A model generated the notes under the pieces. The model did no database searches. It saw only the letters and a list, made by a program, of their open reading frames with translations, and was not told the DNA's origin. Positions 35,154 through 45,755 of a DNA stretch of 64,000 bases are shown in pieces (position 1 is the first letter of the stretch; the number at the start of each line of letters is the position of its first letter). The DNA comes from an uncultured Verrucomicrobiae bacterium (GTDB lineage Bacteria > Verrucomicrobiota > Verrucomicrobiia > Limisphaerales > JAHDYP01): positions 593,202 to 657,201 of the forward strand of contig CAVXWU010000004.1 in NCBI GenBank assembly GCA_963765535.1, in the 5' to 3' direction. The position numbers and the translations under genes are program-made.

Positions 35154-37928
35154 ATGACACCACTCAAACTGCGTTTCACGACGGCCCTGGGAGCGATGGT
35201 TGTAGCGACGACCGTTGCGGCTCAGGAAGTCACTCCGATCTGGCTCCAGGACGTCAATCAGCTGGTCAACGTGACGGCGGAAGACAAAATCCCAGTTCTG
35301 GTCAAGGCCGGGGGATCGGGAGACGATACCTACGGATTCAGCGGACGCGACGTCATCGACAGTTACGTGAATTTCCTGAAATACAATGACGCGCTTTACC
35401 TCCTTGGCATCCGCGAGAATGGTATTAACGAAGACGATCCCAACCTCTCCCAGGAGCTCCGGGACATCGCGATCGCCTATCCGGATCGTTCGATTATTTG
35501 GATCGATGCCGCGACAGCCAAACCGCTGGGTGTTGCGCTGCGGACCGAAATACTTCCTGTGACTTTGGCAGCGCCGGATCAGAGCCCGACGTACGCCTGG
35601 TGGAAATGGGGAATTCAGGACGGCGAGGACGGTCAACGCGCCATCTATACCGGCTACAAATACAAAATCCTGCGCTATGCCCCCGATGCCGTCGTGCAGG
35701 ATCCCAATTTCCCAAATGGCCGCGCGACCTGGTCCGCCACCCCCACTGAGGCCTGGATCGAACCGGTCCCCGGGGAGCCTTCGGGAGACGGCAGCAGCGG
35801 AGGCGATGGCAGTGCGAGTTGGCGCTGGAAGGCGTTCCGGGTCTGGGGCAGCGGCAATGACACGCGGATCTGGGCGGGTGGCGGCACCTGGCGTTCGAGC
35901 ATGCAGCCGCAGGAATTCGCTACGACCGACAACGGACTTACCTTCTCCCCAATCGCGCGCATGGACGACCGCGACAGCGGAGGCGCCAAGGGCGCCTATT
36001 CCCTGGGCGGCCAACCCAGCACGATCGTGAGCTATCCCGACGACCCGACGCGGCCGGGATTGCGCGTTTCTTACCAGGCGCATTACCCGGGGTCAGGCTG
36101 GGAAGCGCGACCGGATCGCTACGCCCTAAATCCTCAGGGAGACGGTACCCCGGCCAGGTCGGGCGGCACCGGCCGGACGGATTTCTACGATCGGGATGAA
36201 ACCAACGGACTGCCGGACTTTGTTTGGGAGGCGGCCGGCAAGGATGGCCGCCCCATCGATCACGCCGTCGATGGAGTGGAACATTACGACGGGAATTGGG
36301 TGATGACGCTCGACACCCAAGAAGGGCTGGATTATATCGTCACCTATTCGATCCCGAGCTGGAATCAGCAGTTTGGCAACGTGGGTTCCGCTGATGCCAT
36401 CTTCAAACCGGGCTGGATCGGAGTGCACACACTCGATGGCAAAATCGCGTCGGGCGACGGCGCCTACAAAATTCCGGTCTACGAAACCGATGAACCCATC
36501 GTCGATCCGAATGGCAATGGCGGCACCGGCCATGATTACGCCTATGATGGCGATATCGCCGTATACAAAGATCCGGCGGCCCCGGCCAATTCCGGTCGTT
36601 CGCTCGTCCTATGGGCTGGCGGAAGCTATGGTTTCGGTGTTTTCCAGGTGCAGAATGTTCCCGCGGTGATCACGCAGGATCTGACCGATGTCACCGCGGA
36701 GGAAGGCCACACGCTGACCCTGGCGGTGACGGCAACCGGCAGCCCGAACACTTACCAGTGGTTCAAGGACGACCAGGAAATCGAAGACGCGGCGACGTCC
36801 AGCTACACCATCGATACGCTCGCGCTGACGGACGCCGGCCAATACCGGGTGCGCGTGATCAATCCGCTTGGGAACGTAGATTCGCAGACAGCCATGTTGA
36901 CGGTGATCACCGATGAATCGCCGCCCACCATTACCTCAGTCGCCGCCCGCATGACGCAAAGCCAGGTGTGTTACGTCGTCGTAACCTATTCGGAACCCGT
37001 GGACGCTTCGTCGGCCGGCGCCCCCGCCAACTATCAAATCACCGGTGGATTGACGATCAGCGGCGTCACGATCGAGGACGATCATACCGTCGTCCTCGCT
37101 ACCAGCGTGCACACTCCCGGCGCCGAATACACGGTCACGGTGAACAACGTCCGGGATCTGGCGGCCGGCGGTGGTAACGTCATCGCTGCGAATAGCCAGG
37201 CGACGTTCAAGTCCTGGGCTTTGACAACCGGATTGTTGGCTTGGGAATACTTCCCGGGCATCAACGGAACCACCACGGCGGATCTATTGACCTCACCCAA
37301 CTGGCCCGATTATCCCGCGCAAGTGAGACATCTGACGAGCTTCGATACGATCCCGGCACTGGGCGGAGATTTTGCCGAGCAGTTCGGCGGGAAACTCTCG
37401 GGCTGGCTTACGCCCACGGAGTCCGGCACTTACCGGTTCTTCATCCGGAGCGACGACGCCTCGGATTTGTTGTTCAGCGAGACCGGGCAACCCGGCGTTG
37501 CCGAAGTCATCGCCTGGGAGTCGACCTGCTGTGGCGCGTTTGAAGAACCCGCGGATATCACAACGGAGACATCGCTGCCCATCGTTCTGACCGCCGGCAA
37601 CAAGTACTACATCTCGGCCGAGTACAAGGAAGGTGGCGGTGGCGATTACGTCCAGGTGGCTTGGCGCAAAGAAGGTGATGCCACGCCCGCAGCCGATCTC
37701 ACCCCAATCCCCGGTGCGCTCTTCGAATCCTACGCCCCGGCTGAACCCCCGAAGTTTGATCAGCCCACGGTCGCCGACGGCACAGTGACGATCACCTGGA
37801 CGGGCACAGGAACGCTCCAGGAATCGTCCAACCTTGCGGATTGGTCGAATGTGCCAGGCAACCCGGGCAGCGGTTACCAAGTGACCCCGAACCCCGGCGA
37901 ATCGAAGGCCTATCGCCTGCGACAATAG
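35154..37928 (+). CDS. Secreted multidomain protein: unknown N-terminal region + Ig (I-set-like) + Ig-like/SbsA-type + PA14 + C-terminal RFYR-type module (924 aa)
   Basis: Track ORF 35112..37928. I moved the start to ATG 35154 (MTPLKLRFTTALGAMVVATTVAAQ). The Ig module is VITQDLTDVTAEEGHTLTLAVTATGSPNTYQWFKDDQEI..AGQYRVRVINPLGNVDSQTAMLTV. The second Ig-like module is PPTITSV..VVVTYSEPVD..ANYQITGG..YTVTVNNVRDLAG. The PA14 block is FGGKLSGWLTPTESGTYRFFIRSDDASDLLFS..YYISAEYKEGGGGDYVQVAWR. The protein ends SKAYRLRQ. Confidence 0.8.
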   Translation: MTPLKLRFTTALGAMVVATTVAAQEVTPIWLQDVNQLVNVTAEDKIPVLVKAGGSGDDTYGFSGRDVIDSYVNFLKYNDALYLLGIRENGINEDDPNLSQELRDIAIAYPDRSIIWIDAATAKPLGVALRTEILPVTLAAPDQSPTYAWWKWGIQDGEDGQRAIYTGYKYKILRYAPDAVVQDPNFPNGRATWSATPTEAWIEPVPGEPSGDGSSGGDGSASWRWKAFRVWGSGNDTRIWAGGGTWRSSMQPQEFATTDNGLTFSPIARMDDRDSGGAKGAYSLGGQPSTIVSYPDDPTRPGLRVSYQAHYPGSGWEARPDRYALNPQGDGTPARSGGTGRTDFYDRDETNGLPDFVWEAAGKDGRPIDHAVDGVEHYDGNWVMTLDTQEGLDYIVTYSIPSWNQQFGNVGSADAIFKPGWIGVHTLDGKIASGDGAYKIPVYETDEPIVDPNGNGGTGHDYAYDGDIAVYKDPAAPANSGRSLVLWAGGSYGFGVFQVQNVPAVITQDLTDVTAEEGHTLTLAVTATGSPNTYQWFKDDQEIEDAATSSYTIDTLALTDAGQYRVRVINPLGNVDSQTAMLTVITDESPPTITSVAARMTQSQVCYVVVTYSEPVDASSAGAPANYQITGGLTISGVTIEDDHTVVLATSVHTPGAEYTVTVNNVRDLAAGGGNVIAANSQATFKSWALTTGLLAWEYFPGINGTTTADLLTSPNWPDYPAQVRHLTSFDTIPALGGDFAEQFGGKLSGWLTPTESGTYRFFIRSDDASDLLFSETGQPGVAEVIAWESTCCGAFEEPADITTETSLPIVLTAGNKYYISAEYKEGGGGDYVQVAWRKEGDATPAADLTPIPGALFESYAPAEPPKFDQPTVADGTVTITWTGTGTLQESSNLADWSNVPGNPGSGYQVTPNPGESKAYRLRQ

Positions 37929-37954
37929 ATCCATCGCCTTCTGCTGAGACGAAG

Positions 37955-37979
37955 GGAGACCGGCCTTGCGCCGGTCTCC
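37955..37979 (+). terminator. Hairpin 27 nt after the stop of the Ig/PA14 gene
   Basis: GGAGACCGGC-CTTGC-GCCGGTCTCC forms a perfect 10-bp stem. TTGCTCC follows, which is only a weak U-tract. Confidence 0.45.
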
Positions 37980-38127
37980 TTGCTCCCGAACGCCACCGTC
38001 GCTTTGAACCATCGGCGTCTCGCGGGAATGATGGTTCGCCCGGCACCCTGGTGCCTGGAAAGTACCGTCACGCGCGTGCGCTTGGTTGCGTGAGTGTTTT
38101 GCGGCCGGAAAGGCACTGCTCCCGAAC

Positions 38128-41100
38128 ATGAGGGTTCTCAGCGACCACTCTGCCAGCTATTCTGTCGCGGTGATTCACTCGCTTGGGATCGTCCGGATCA
38201 AAGGCGTTCCTGACTTGCTCCGCATCGTCCGGCAGACCGTCCACGGGCTCTGCCTCAGCGTTCTTCTATCGGCCCTCGGCGATGAATTCAAATGGCAAGC
38301 CGCGGACGGCTATCGTTCCGCCGTCCTGCGCGTGCCGGCCGCAGGCCGAAGTGGATTCGAATTGCGGTCGCCGGAATCGACGGGCATTCGGTTCACGAAT
38401 CACCTGGCTGAATCGCGTTCGCTGACCAACCATATTCTGTTGAATGGTTCGGGAGTGGCCGCCGGTGACGTGGACGGTGATGGAAGGTGCGATCTCTACT
38501 TCTGCGGCTTGGACGGTCCCAACGCGCTCTTCAGGAATCTCGGCGACTGGAAATTCGTGGAGATCACCGACCAAGCCGGGGTTGCCTGCGCCGATCTCGA
38601 TGCCACGGGCGCTGTTTTCGCCGACATCGATGGCGATGGCGATCTGGATCTCCTGGTCAGCTCCGTCCGCCATGGCCTATCCGCCTTCCTCAACGATGGT
38701 GTTGGCCGTTTTCGCGATGTGACTGCGGAGCGTGGCCTCGGCTCCACGGCGTCGGGCACCTCGATGGCGCTCGCCGACGTCGATGGCGATGGCGATCTGG
38801 ATCTTTACGCCGTCAATTACCGGTCGACCACCATGCGCGACACGTTCAGCATGCGCCTTCGCATTAATCAGGTTGACGGGCGCCCCGTCATTACCCGCGT
38901 CAACGAGCGACCCGTCACCGAACCCGACCTGGTCGGCCGGTTTGCGATCGACGATCGCGGCAACATCATCGAGAACGGCGAAGCGGACCATTTTTATCTT
39001 AACGACGGCAGCGGACATTTCCGGCGCGAATCGTTCGTCGGCGGCCGTTTCACCGACGAAGCCGGACACCCCTTGCGAAGCCCCCCTTACGACTGGGGTT
39101 TGACCGCCATGTTCCGGGACCTGAACGGCGACGGCGCGCCGGATCTCTATGTCTGCAATGATCTCGGGTCCACGGATCGTATCTGGATCAACGACGGCAA
39201 CGGTTGGTTTCATGCCGTGCGTCGGCTTGCCTTTCGCAAGTCCAGCTGGTTTTCGATGGGCCTCGATTGCGGCGATCTGAACCGGGACGGGTTCGACGAA
39301 ATCCTGGTGACGGACATGGTCAGTCGCGGTCACGTCGACCACCAAGTCCAAATCAGCGATCATCAGATGGTGCTCTCGCCGGTCGGCGCAATCGACAATC
39401 GCCCGCGCACGCCGCGCAACACCCTCTTTCTGAATCGGGGCGACGGCGATTACTCCGAGATCGCGTACTTCAGCGGGTTGGACGCCTCCGAATGGTCATG
39501 GGCACCCGTTTTCCTGGATGTTGACCTGGACGGCTATGAAGATGTGCTGATCGTCACCGGCTTCGAGCGCGATGTGCAGGACATTGACGTCGCCAATCGC
39601 CTCGAATCCACCCGCCGCGCCCGCAATCTCCCCGACGCCGAAGCCCTTGCCATGCGACGGGCTTTCCCACGGCTGGCCCTTCCCAATCTGGCCTTCCGCA
39701 ACCGCGGGGACCTGACGTTTGAAGAGATGGGAGCGACCTGGGGATTCAACGGCGTGGGAATTTCCCAAGGCATGGCGTTAGCGGATCTGGACAATGACGG
39801 AGACCTCGATGTGATCCTAAATAACATGAACGCCGCCGCCGGATTGTATTGCAATGTCTCCCCAGCCCCACGGGTGGCCGTCCGGCTTCGCGGTGAACCC
39901 GGAAACACGCGAGGCGTGGGCGCCAAAATCACGATCCATGGGGGCCCGATCTCCAACCAAAGCCAGGAAATGATCGCCGGCGGGCGTTATCTTTCGAGCG
40001 GCGACTACCTGCGCGTGTTCGCCGCCGGATCGCTGCCGTTGCAAATCGAGGTGGCGTGGCGAAGCGGCAAACGAAGCAACATCGACGGAGCAAGCGCGAA
40101 TCGGATTTACGAGATCGAGGAGCGGTCCGCCCAACCTGGAAAACAAACCTCGCCCCAGCCAAAGCCGCTTTTCATCGATGTCAGTCAACAGTTGGACCAC
40201 ACCCACGCCGATGAACCATTCGATGATTTTGCCCGACAACCACTGCTGCCCCGAAAACTCAGCCAACTCGGACCCGGCGTGGCATGGGCCGATCTGGATG
40301 GAGATGGTCGCGAGGACCTGATCATTGGTGGCGGCAAAGGCGGGCGCCTCGCGGCGTTTCACAACGATGGGAACGGCGGGTTCCAACGGCTGACCAACGC
40401 GCCGTTCTCCCGTACGCTCACCCGGGACCAAACGGGCATCCTCGGATGGCCTCAAACCGACGGCCATGCCTTGATCCTCGCGGGTTGTGCCAACTACGAG
40501 GATGGTCTGCCGCTGGGGATTGGCCTGACCTCGTTCGATCCGCGGAGCGGGCATACAGACGAGTTCTGGCCCTCGCAGGCCTGGAGCATCGGTCCGCTCG
40601 CACTCGCCGACATGGACGGTGACGGGGACCTGGATTTGTTCGTGGGCGGGCGCGTGCTGCCGGGTCGGTATCCGGAGGCGGCGTCCTCGCGAATGTTCCG
40701 AAATGATGAAGGAAGATGGCTCGAGGATTCGGAGAATAATCCGCAGCTGGAAACCGTGGGGATGGTCAGCAGCGCGGTGTTCAGCGACCTGGATGGTGAT
40801 GGATTCCCCGAACTGATCCTTGCCTGCGAATGGGGTCCCATCCGGGTTTTCCAGCGCGGCAATCGCGGGCGTTATGTCGAGATCACTCAGGCGCTGGGCC
40901 TCGATCACTATCTGGGCTGGTGGAACGGCGTCGCCACCGGCGACATGGATGGGGACGGACGGATGGACATCCTCGCTTCCAACTGGGGACGGAACACCAA
41001 GTACGAGCGGCACCGCCAGAAACCGATACAGCTGTTCTATGGAGATTTTAATTCCGTCGGGGGCGTCGGAATGCTCGAGGCCCATTACGAAGCTTCCATG

Positions 41101-41913
41101 GATCGAATCGTGCCTTACCCGCACTGGGGCCGCGTGGCCTCGGCTCTTCCTTACCTTGTGCCGCGCTTCGATAGCTTCCGACAATTCGCCGAGGCAAGCA
41201 TCGATGAGATTTTGGAAGATCGACGCGAGGCGACCCATGAGCTTCAAGTGAACGATCTTGAAACCACGCTGTTTCTGAATCGCGGCGATCGGTTCGATGC
41301 CCGACCGTTGCCGGCGCCTGCGCAATGGTCGCCCGCATTCGCCTTGTGCGTCTGCGACGTCGATGGCGACGGACACGAAGACCTTTTCCTGAGCCAGAAT
41401 TTCTTCGCCACAGAGCCCGAGACCGGTCGCTATGACAGCGGACGCGGACTCTGGCTCCGCGGAGACGGGAGCGGGAAGCTGGAGCCGATATCGGGCGGCA
41501 TGAGCGGAGTTAAAGTATACGGAGAACAACGCGGCGCGGCCGTGTGCGACTACGACGCCGACGGTCGAGTGGACCTGGTGGTCACGCAGAACGGTGCGCG
41601 AACCGCCCTCTTCCGTAATCAAGGTGCGCGTCCAGGGCTTCGAGTCCGCCTTCGTGGACCTCCTGGAAACCCGACGGCGGTAGGGGCCGCAATTCGGATC
41701 AAGTTCGGCCAGCGCCTCGGACCGGTTCGGGAAATCCAGGCGGGTTCCGGATACTGGTCACAGAACAGTTCGGTCCAGGTGTTCGGCACTCCCGAAACTC
41801 CGACTGAAATTCAAGTGCGCTGGCCGGGCGGCAAGGTCTCGGCGGCCGCCATTCCGCCGGGATCGACCGGCATCGAAATGGACATGAGCGGTCGGGTCGA
41901 GACGATGCCCTGA
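38128..41913 (+). CDS. FG-GAP/VCBS repeat protein with ASPIC/UnbV C-terminal domains (CRTAC1-family-like)
   Basis: Track ORF 38086..41913 starts at a TTG. The first ATG is at 38128, and the start is uncertain. It has many FG-GAP units (AAGDVDGDGRCDLYF, VFADIDGDGDLDLLV, ALADVDGDGDLDLYA, ALADLDNDGDLDVIL, ...). Two ASPIC/UnbV-type blocks are present (RGVGAKITIHGG..QSQEMIAGGRYLSSGD and AVGAAIRIKFGQ..REIQAGSGYWSQNS). Confidence 0.85.
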   Translation: MRVLSDHSASYSVAVIHSLGIVRIKGVPDLLRIVRQTVHGLCLSVLLSALGDEFKWQAADGYRSAVLRVPAAGRSGFELRSPESTGIRFTNHLAESRSLTNHILLNGSGVAAGDVDGDGRCDLYFCGLDGPNALFRNLGDWKFVEITDQAGVACADLDATGAVFADIDGDGDLDLLVSSVRHGLSAFLNDGVGRFRDVTAERGLGSTASGTSMALADVDGDGDLDLYAVNYRSTTMRDTFSMRLRINQVDGRPVITRVNERPVTEPDLVGRFAIDDRGNIIENGEADHFYLNDGSGHFRRESFVGGRFTDEAGHPLRSPPYDWGLTAMFRDLNGDGAPDLYVCNDLGSTDRIWINDGNGWFHAVRRLAFRKSSWFSMGLDCGDLNRDGFDEILVTDMVSRGHVDHQVQISDHQMVLSPVGAIDNRPRTPRNTLFLNRGDGDYSEIAYFSGLDASEWSWAPVFLDVDLDGYEDVLIVTGFERDVQDIDVANRLESTRRARNLPDAEALAMRRAFPRLALPNLAFRNRGDLTFEEMGATWGFNGVGISQGMALADLDNDGDLDVILNNMNAAAGLYCNVSPAPRVAVRLRGEPGNTRGVGAKITIHGGPISNQSQEMIAGGRYLSSGDYLRVFAAGSLPLQIEVAWRSGKRSNIDGASANRIYEIEERSAQPGKQTSPQPKPLFIDVSQQLDHTHADEPFDDFARQPLLPRKLSQLGPGVAWADLDGDGREDLIIGGGKGGRLAAFHNDGNGGFQRLTNAPFSRTLTRDQTGILGWPQTDGHALILAGCANYEDGLPLGIGLTSFDPRSGHTDEFWPSQAWSIGPLALADMDGDGDLDLFVGGRVLPGRYPEAASSRMFRNDEGRWLEDSENNPQLETVGMVSSAVFSDLDGDGFPELILACEWGPIRVFQRGNRGRYVEITQALGLDHYLGWWNGVATGDMDGDGRMDILASNWGRNTKYERHRQKPIQLFYGDFNSVGGVGMLEAHYEASMDRIVPYPHWGRVASALPYLVPRFDSFRQFAEASIDEILEDRREATHELQVNDLETTLFLNRGDRFDARPLPAPAQWSPAFALCVCDVDGDGHEDLFLSQNFFATEPETGRYDSGRGLWLRGDGSGKLEPISGGMSGVKVYGEQRGAAVCDYDADGRVDLVVTQNGARTALFRNQGARPGLRVRLRGPPGNPTAVGAAIRIKFGQRLGPVREIQAGSGYWSQNSSVQVFGTPETPTEIQVRWPGGKVSAAAIPPGSTGIEMDMSGRVETMP

Positions 41914-41919
41914 CGAAAC

Positions 41920-44900
41920 CTACTTATCCCCGATCGTGAACTTAAGGACGTAAGCGTGTTGGCAGGGCGGTGATTTCACCGCGGAAGGCGGCAGACTTAC
42001 AAGTGTCATCCCCCGGTCATCCAGAGTCCACGACGACTGATCCCTCGAACCGAGCAGTTGCAGGTCTGAGCCGGCCGCCGGCTTGAGCCCGGCAAACTCG
42101 ATTTGTGCGGGCAAACCATCCTGTTCACCGGTTGCCAGCCAGATCGCGTATGCTCTCCTCCCTTTCCGGGTGAACACCACGTTGCCTTGCTTGTAAGGTG
42201 CAATGGGCCGCGTCCCGTAGATCGCTTCGCCGTTCACCTGCAGCCAACGCCCGATTTCTTTCAAACGTTCCAGCGCCACGGGGGGCAGTTCACCGTCGGG
42301 CCGCGGACCGACGTTCAACAGGAAATTGCCGCCTTTGCCCACAATATCCACCAGGAGATGGATCAGTTGGCGGGTCGACTTGTAACGGTCATTGGGTTTA
42401 AACGACCACTGGTCACCCATGGTCATGCAGGTCTCCCAGACGTAGGGCAAAGGCTGGTCCGGCACTTCCTGCTCCGGGGTTCGATAGTTCTCGTAACGTC
42501 CGCCCACGGTGCGATCCACCATGATGAGCCGTGGCTGGAGTTGTCGGGCCATGGCGGCGATCCGATCCATCCGGATGTCTTGGTGAGGGGGGCGCACCTG
42601 GCCGGCGTCGAGCCAGAGAATATCGATGGGCCCATAACCGGTCATCAGTTCCTGGATTTGCCCATAGGTGTAATCGACGAAGCGGCGCCATTTCTCCGGC
42701 TGGACGAGCGGATCGTAGTTCGGGTTGCGCGTGCGGGCCGGGGCCGACGGATCCCAGTAATCAGGGCTGTGCCAGTCAGCCTTGGAAAAGTAAGCGCCGA
42801 TGGCGGACCCTTCATTCCGGAAAGCGTCAAACACCTCGCGGACGACGTTGGACCGGGCATTGGTATGGAAAGGGACGTCGGGGGCGGTGATCCGGTAATC
42901 GCTGAGTCGCGTATCGAACATGGCGAACCCGTCGTGGTGTTTGGTCGTGAACACGACGTATTTCATGCCGGCAGCCTTCGCGGCGTCGGCCCACTTGCGC
43001 GGATCGAATTTCACCGGATTGAACGTCTTCGGCAGCGCCCAATAATCGCGCGTGAACCTCGCCATGTCTTTGCCACGCTCGGTCCAGGCCGGGAGGTCGT
43101 CCGGCCGACCCCAGGCGTCCTCCTCGACCAACGGCCACGACTCGATGCAACCCCATTGGCTGTAGGCGCCCCAGTGCATCATGAAACCAAACTTGAAATC
43201 CTGAAAGGTCTCGAGTCGCGCGGCCAGCCACGGCTCGGTGTCGGCCGGCACCGTGCCCTTCCATAATCGAAGACTGGTTCCCTTGGCTGGCGGTTGGGCA
43301 AAGGGACCCGCCATGACGCGCGCGCTGTTGCGCTCGATCCCGAAGAAATCGCGCTGCGCCGCTTCCAGGAAGGCACCCATCCCCTCGGAGTCCAAGTCGA
43401 CCCCGATTTCGAGTTCGAAAGTCTCCGGATCGAGCCGGATGCCGTCGGCCAGCGCGACCAGATTTGTGATGATGCTCGGTTCGCCGCGAAACTCGTCCGG
43501 CTTGGCATTGTCGACGATGAGATTGTTCGCTACGTAATGGTCTCCGTACGTCATCGGCGCACCGCCCACCTGGCGGTCGGTGATTTTGCCGTGCAGATGG
43601 AAGGCCGCGCCGGTGCTGTGGCCGACGAGATTATGCGCGAAGATCTGACGCCGGGAATCGTGTTCGTAGATCCCATGGCCAGTGGTATCCCACACGATGT
43701 TATCGTCGACGAGGTTGGGCACGGTCGAGGCCTCGACGAAGATGGCGCCGTTCCGGGTGTGGCTGCCGAGGACAACGTTTTGACAGCAACGCGAGTTGCG
43801 ATTGTCCCAATCCATCCAGATACCCGAGCCGTGCCACGTGTTCGCTACCACGTTTCCCCGAATCAGACAGCGCACGTTGCAATGCGTCTTGATGCCGCCC
43901 GTTTCCCAAAGCAATTCCGCGTCGTGCCAGGCATTACGCATCACGACGTTGTCCTCGATCAAGAGACCGAACTCGCGCCCGCCGCCGGGGCCGAGCCCGC
44001 AGATCCCGCAAATCCCGCAGTCGGTGACCACGTTGTGTCGGACGATATGGAAGCCGATTTGGGGCGGTTGGGGCCAGCGCGGATGTTGAATGCCCAGGTC
44101 CAGGCCCACGCCATTCACCTGTCGCACGGCACAATCTTCAATGATCCAATGATGCCCGCGAGTCGTGGAGATCGCGCCCACCTGCTCCCACGGGAACGGT
44201 CCCGCCGCGTGCTCGACCACGAATCCTTTGACTCGGATGAACCCCAAACCGGGGTCATCCGGCGCAAAGATGGTCTCCTGAGTCGTCACCTCGATCAGCG
44301 AGCGCCCAGGTTCGGAGTTATTGAAAAAATGGGCGCGAACAACCAGGTTCGATCGGTCGACCCAGTAGGCGCCGGAGGTGGCGGTCAGTGCCTCCTCATC
44401 GCCCAACTGCGTCAGCCGTTGGCCGTCCTGGAATATCAACCCACGGGCGAGCGTGAATGGAATCTTGCCGCGTTGTGGCTGGGCCCACTCCATCGACTCA
44501 AACTGCTCCTCGGTCACGTTCGGCAGCCGAAACGGTTGGTAGCCGTCGAAAAGGCTCTCATCCAGGCGCGCCTCCCAGACTTCGGATCCTGCGGCCGGGT
44601 TGCGCGTCCAGGTCCCGGCAAACACCCGTGACCCGCGCAATATCACCTGCGCACCGGGCTCAACTTCGTAGCTGATCAATTGCATTGGGCTGGTTCCGCC
44701 ACGCGCCGGACGAATGCGTTCGCGATAAATGCCCGGCGCAACCACGACGCGTTCTCCCGGTTGCAGCACCTGCGCCGCATGATTGATCGTCGCGAACGGG
44801 AGGGTTTCCGTTCCTGGATTGTCATCGGAGGCGCGGGGATGCGAAGCATTGACATAGTAGGTGCGGCTGAACTGGAGGACGGGTGCTTCCCATTTCGTGA

Positions 44901-45102
44901 AGTCGCTCCCATCCGGGAGTTGCACCGAGGGATTGAGGGAGGATTGGGACCGTGGGTCCACGTCCTTTTGGCTGATGGCATTTCGATCCGCCGGCGCGGC
45001 GTCTTGCGCCGCGAGGCAAGGTAACGCGAGGGTGACCCCGCCGGCCAAGAGGACCATGCATAGATCGAACCGAAGCTTCAACTGGGATTGGCTGGGTTTC
45101 AC
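41920..45102 (-). CDS. Fusion protein: right-handed beta-helix domain + GH29 alpha-L-fucosidase domain
   Basis: Track ORF 41920..45234. The likely start is GTG 45102 (VKPSQSQLKLRFDLCMVLLAGGVTLALPCLAAQD) or ATG 45057. The N-terminal half looks like a beta-helix (IIEDCAVRQVNGVGLDLG..VRHNVVTDCGICGICGLG..IEDNVVMRNAW..IRGNVVANTWHGSGIWMD). The C-terminal half is GH29 (FKFGFMMHWGAYSQWG..KYVVFTTKHHDGFAMFDT..). Confidence 0.8.
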   Translation of the reverse strand: MKPSQSQLKLRFDLCMVLLAGGVTLALPCLAAQDAAPADRNAISQKDVDPRSQSSLNPSVQLPDGSDFTKWEAPVLQFSRTYYVNASHPRASDDNPGTETLPFATINHAAQVLQPGERVVVAPGIYRERIRPARGGTSPMQLISYEVEPGAQVILRGSRVFAGTWTRNPAAGSEVWEARLDESLFDGYQPFRLPNVTEEQFESMEWAQPQRGKIPFTLARGLIFQDGQRLTQLGDEEALTATSGAYWVDRSNLVVRAHFFNNSEPGRSLIEVTTQETIFAPDDPGLGFIRVKGFVVEHAAGPFPWEQVGAISTTRGHHWIIEDCAVRQVNGVGLDLGIQHPRWPQPPQIGFHIVRHNVVTDCGICGICGLGPGGGREFGLLIEDNVVMRNAWHDAELLWETGGIKTHCNVRCLIRGNVVANTWHGSGIWMDWDNRNSRCCQNVVLGSHTRNGAIFVEASTVPNLVDDNIVWDTTGHGIYEHDSRRQIFAHNLVGHSTGAAFHLHGKITDRQVGGAPMTYGDHYVANNLIVDNAKPDEFRGEPSIITNLVALADGIRLDPETFELEIGVDLDSEGMGAFLEAAQRDFFGIERNSARVMAGPFAQPPAKGTSLRLWKGTVPADTEPWLAARLETFQDFKFGFMMHWGAYSQWGCIESWPLVEEDAWGRPDDLPAWTERGKDMARFTRDYWALPKTFNPVKFDPRKWADAAKAAGMKYVVFTTKHHDGFAMFDTRLSDYRITAPDVPFHTNARSNVVREVFDAFRNEGSAIGAYFSKADWHSPDYWDPSAPARTRNPNYDPLVQPEKWRRFVDYTYGQIQELMTGYGPIDILWLDAGQVRPPHQDIRMDRIAAMARQLQPRLIMVDRTVGGRYENYRTPEQEVPDQPLPYVWETCMTMGDQWSFKPNDRYKSTRQLIHLLVDIVGKGGNFLLNVGPRPDGELPPVALERLKEIGRWLQVNGEAIYGTRPIAPYKQGNVVFTRKGRRAYAIWLATGEQDGLPAQIEFAGLKPAAGSDLQLLGSRDQSSWTLDDRGMTLVSLPPSAVKSPPCQHAYVLKFTIGDK

Positions 45103-45238
45103 GATGATCGACTTTGAACTCGGAGGTCCGGTGATGTCAGCGAAAAACCACCGGCAACTGCTCCCGAAGGTTCCCGCGCACCTTCGCGCGCAGCCGTTGG
45201 GCAAATGTCTCGCTCCCCAGCACCACCGCACCAATCAG

Positions 45239-45571
45239 TCAATCCCACGGCCGCTCCGGCAGTCCCTCCCGCACCGCTTCCTCGGTGTATTCCCGCAGGG
45301 CGGCCTGACGCTCTTTGAGATTCCTGCCACCACACAACGATCCCAAAAGCTCGCAGTTCAACCAGGGCGACACCACCGCCTAACCGGCATAAGCCGGGTA
45401 AGAACTCCACTTCCAACTGCGCAGAGTCGCAAGGCGTGAGTTTGTTCGCCATACAGGCCGCACATCCTCCGGATCCCCGAAGAATCCGCACCCTGCACCG
45501 CCCTCAAGGTGGGTCATGTTGAAACCTGTCATTTCGACCCTGGGTGGGAGAGTTTGAGTGACCGCTGGCAT
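45239..45571 (-). pseudogene. C-terminal remnant of an IS200/RayT-like (COG1943-type) transposase, with an in-frame TAG
   Basis: The minus-strand frame reads ..DVRPVWRTNSRLATLRSWKWSSYPAYAG*AVVSPWLNCELLGSLCGGRNLKERQAALREYTEEAVREGLPERPWD*. The pattern W.WSSY.AY.G....PWL....LL......A...Y..F/AV.EG matches the conserved tail of this family as I remember it. The catalytic N-terminal part (HUH and Tyr motifs) is absent. Confidence 0.55.
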
Positions 45572-45755
45572 TACGCGCGACTGAGTGCACCCACGCCGAG
45601 CGAAGGGCAGTCAATTCACGGCGGCGCTCAACCGGCGTTGAGTGACACGAGTGGTTCGCCATACGTTTCATTTGACCTTGTAGTGCCTAACTGGGTCGCT
45701 CCTCACTCGGTAGCAAGCTCAGGAAGCCCCCGCTCGCGGTACAGTCGAAGCCACT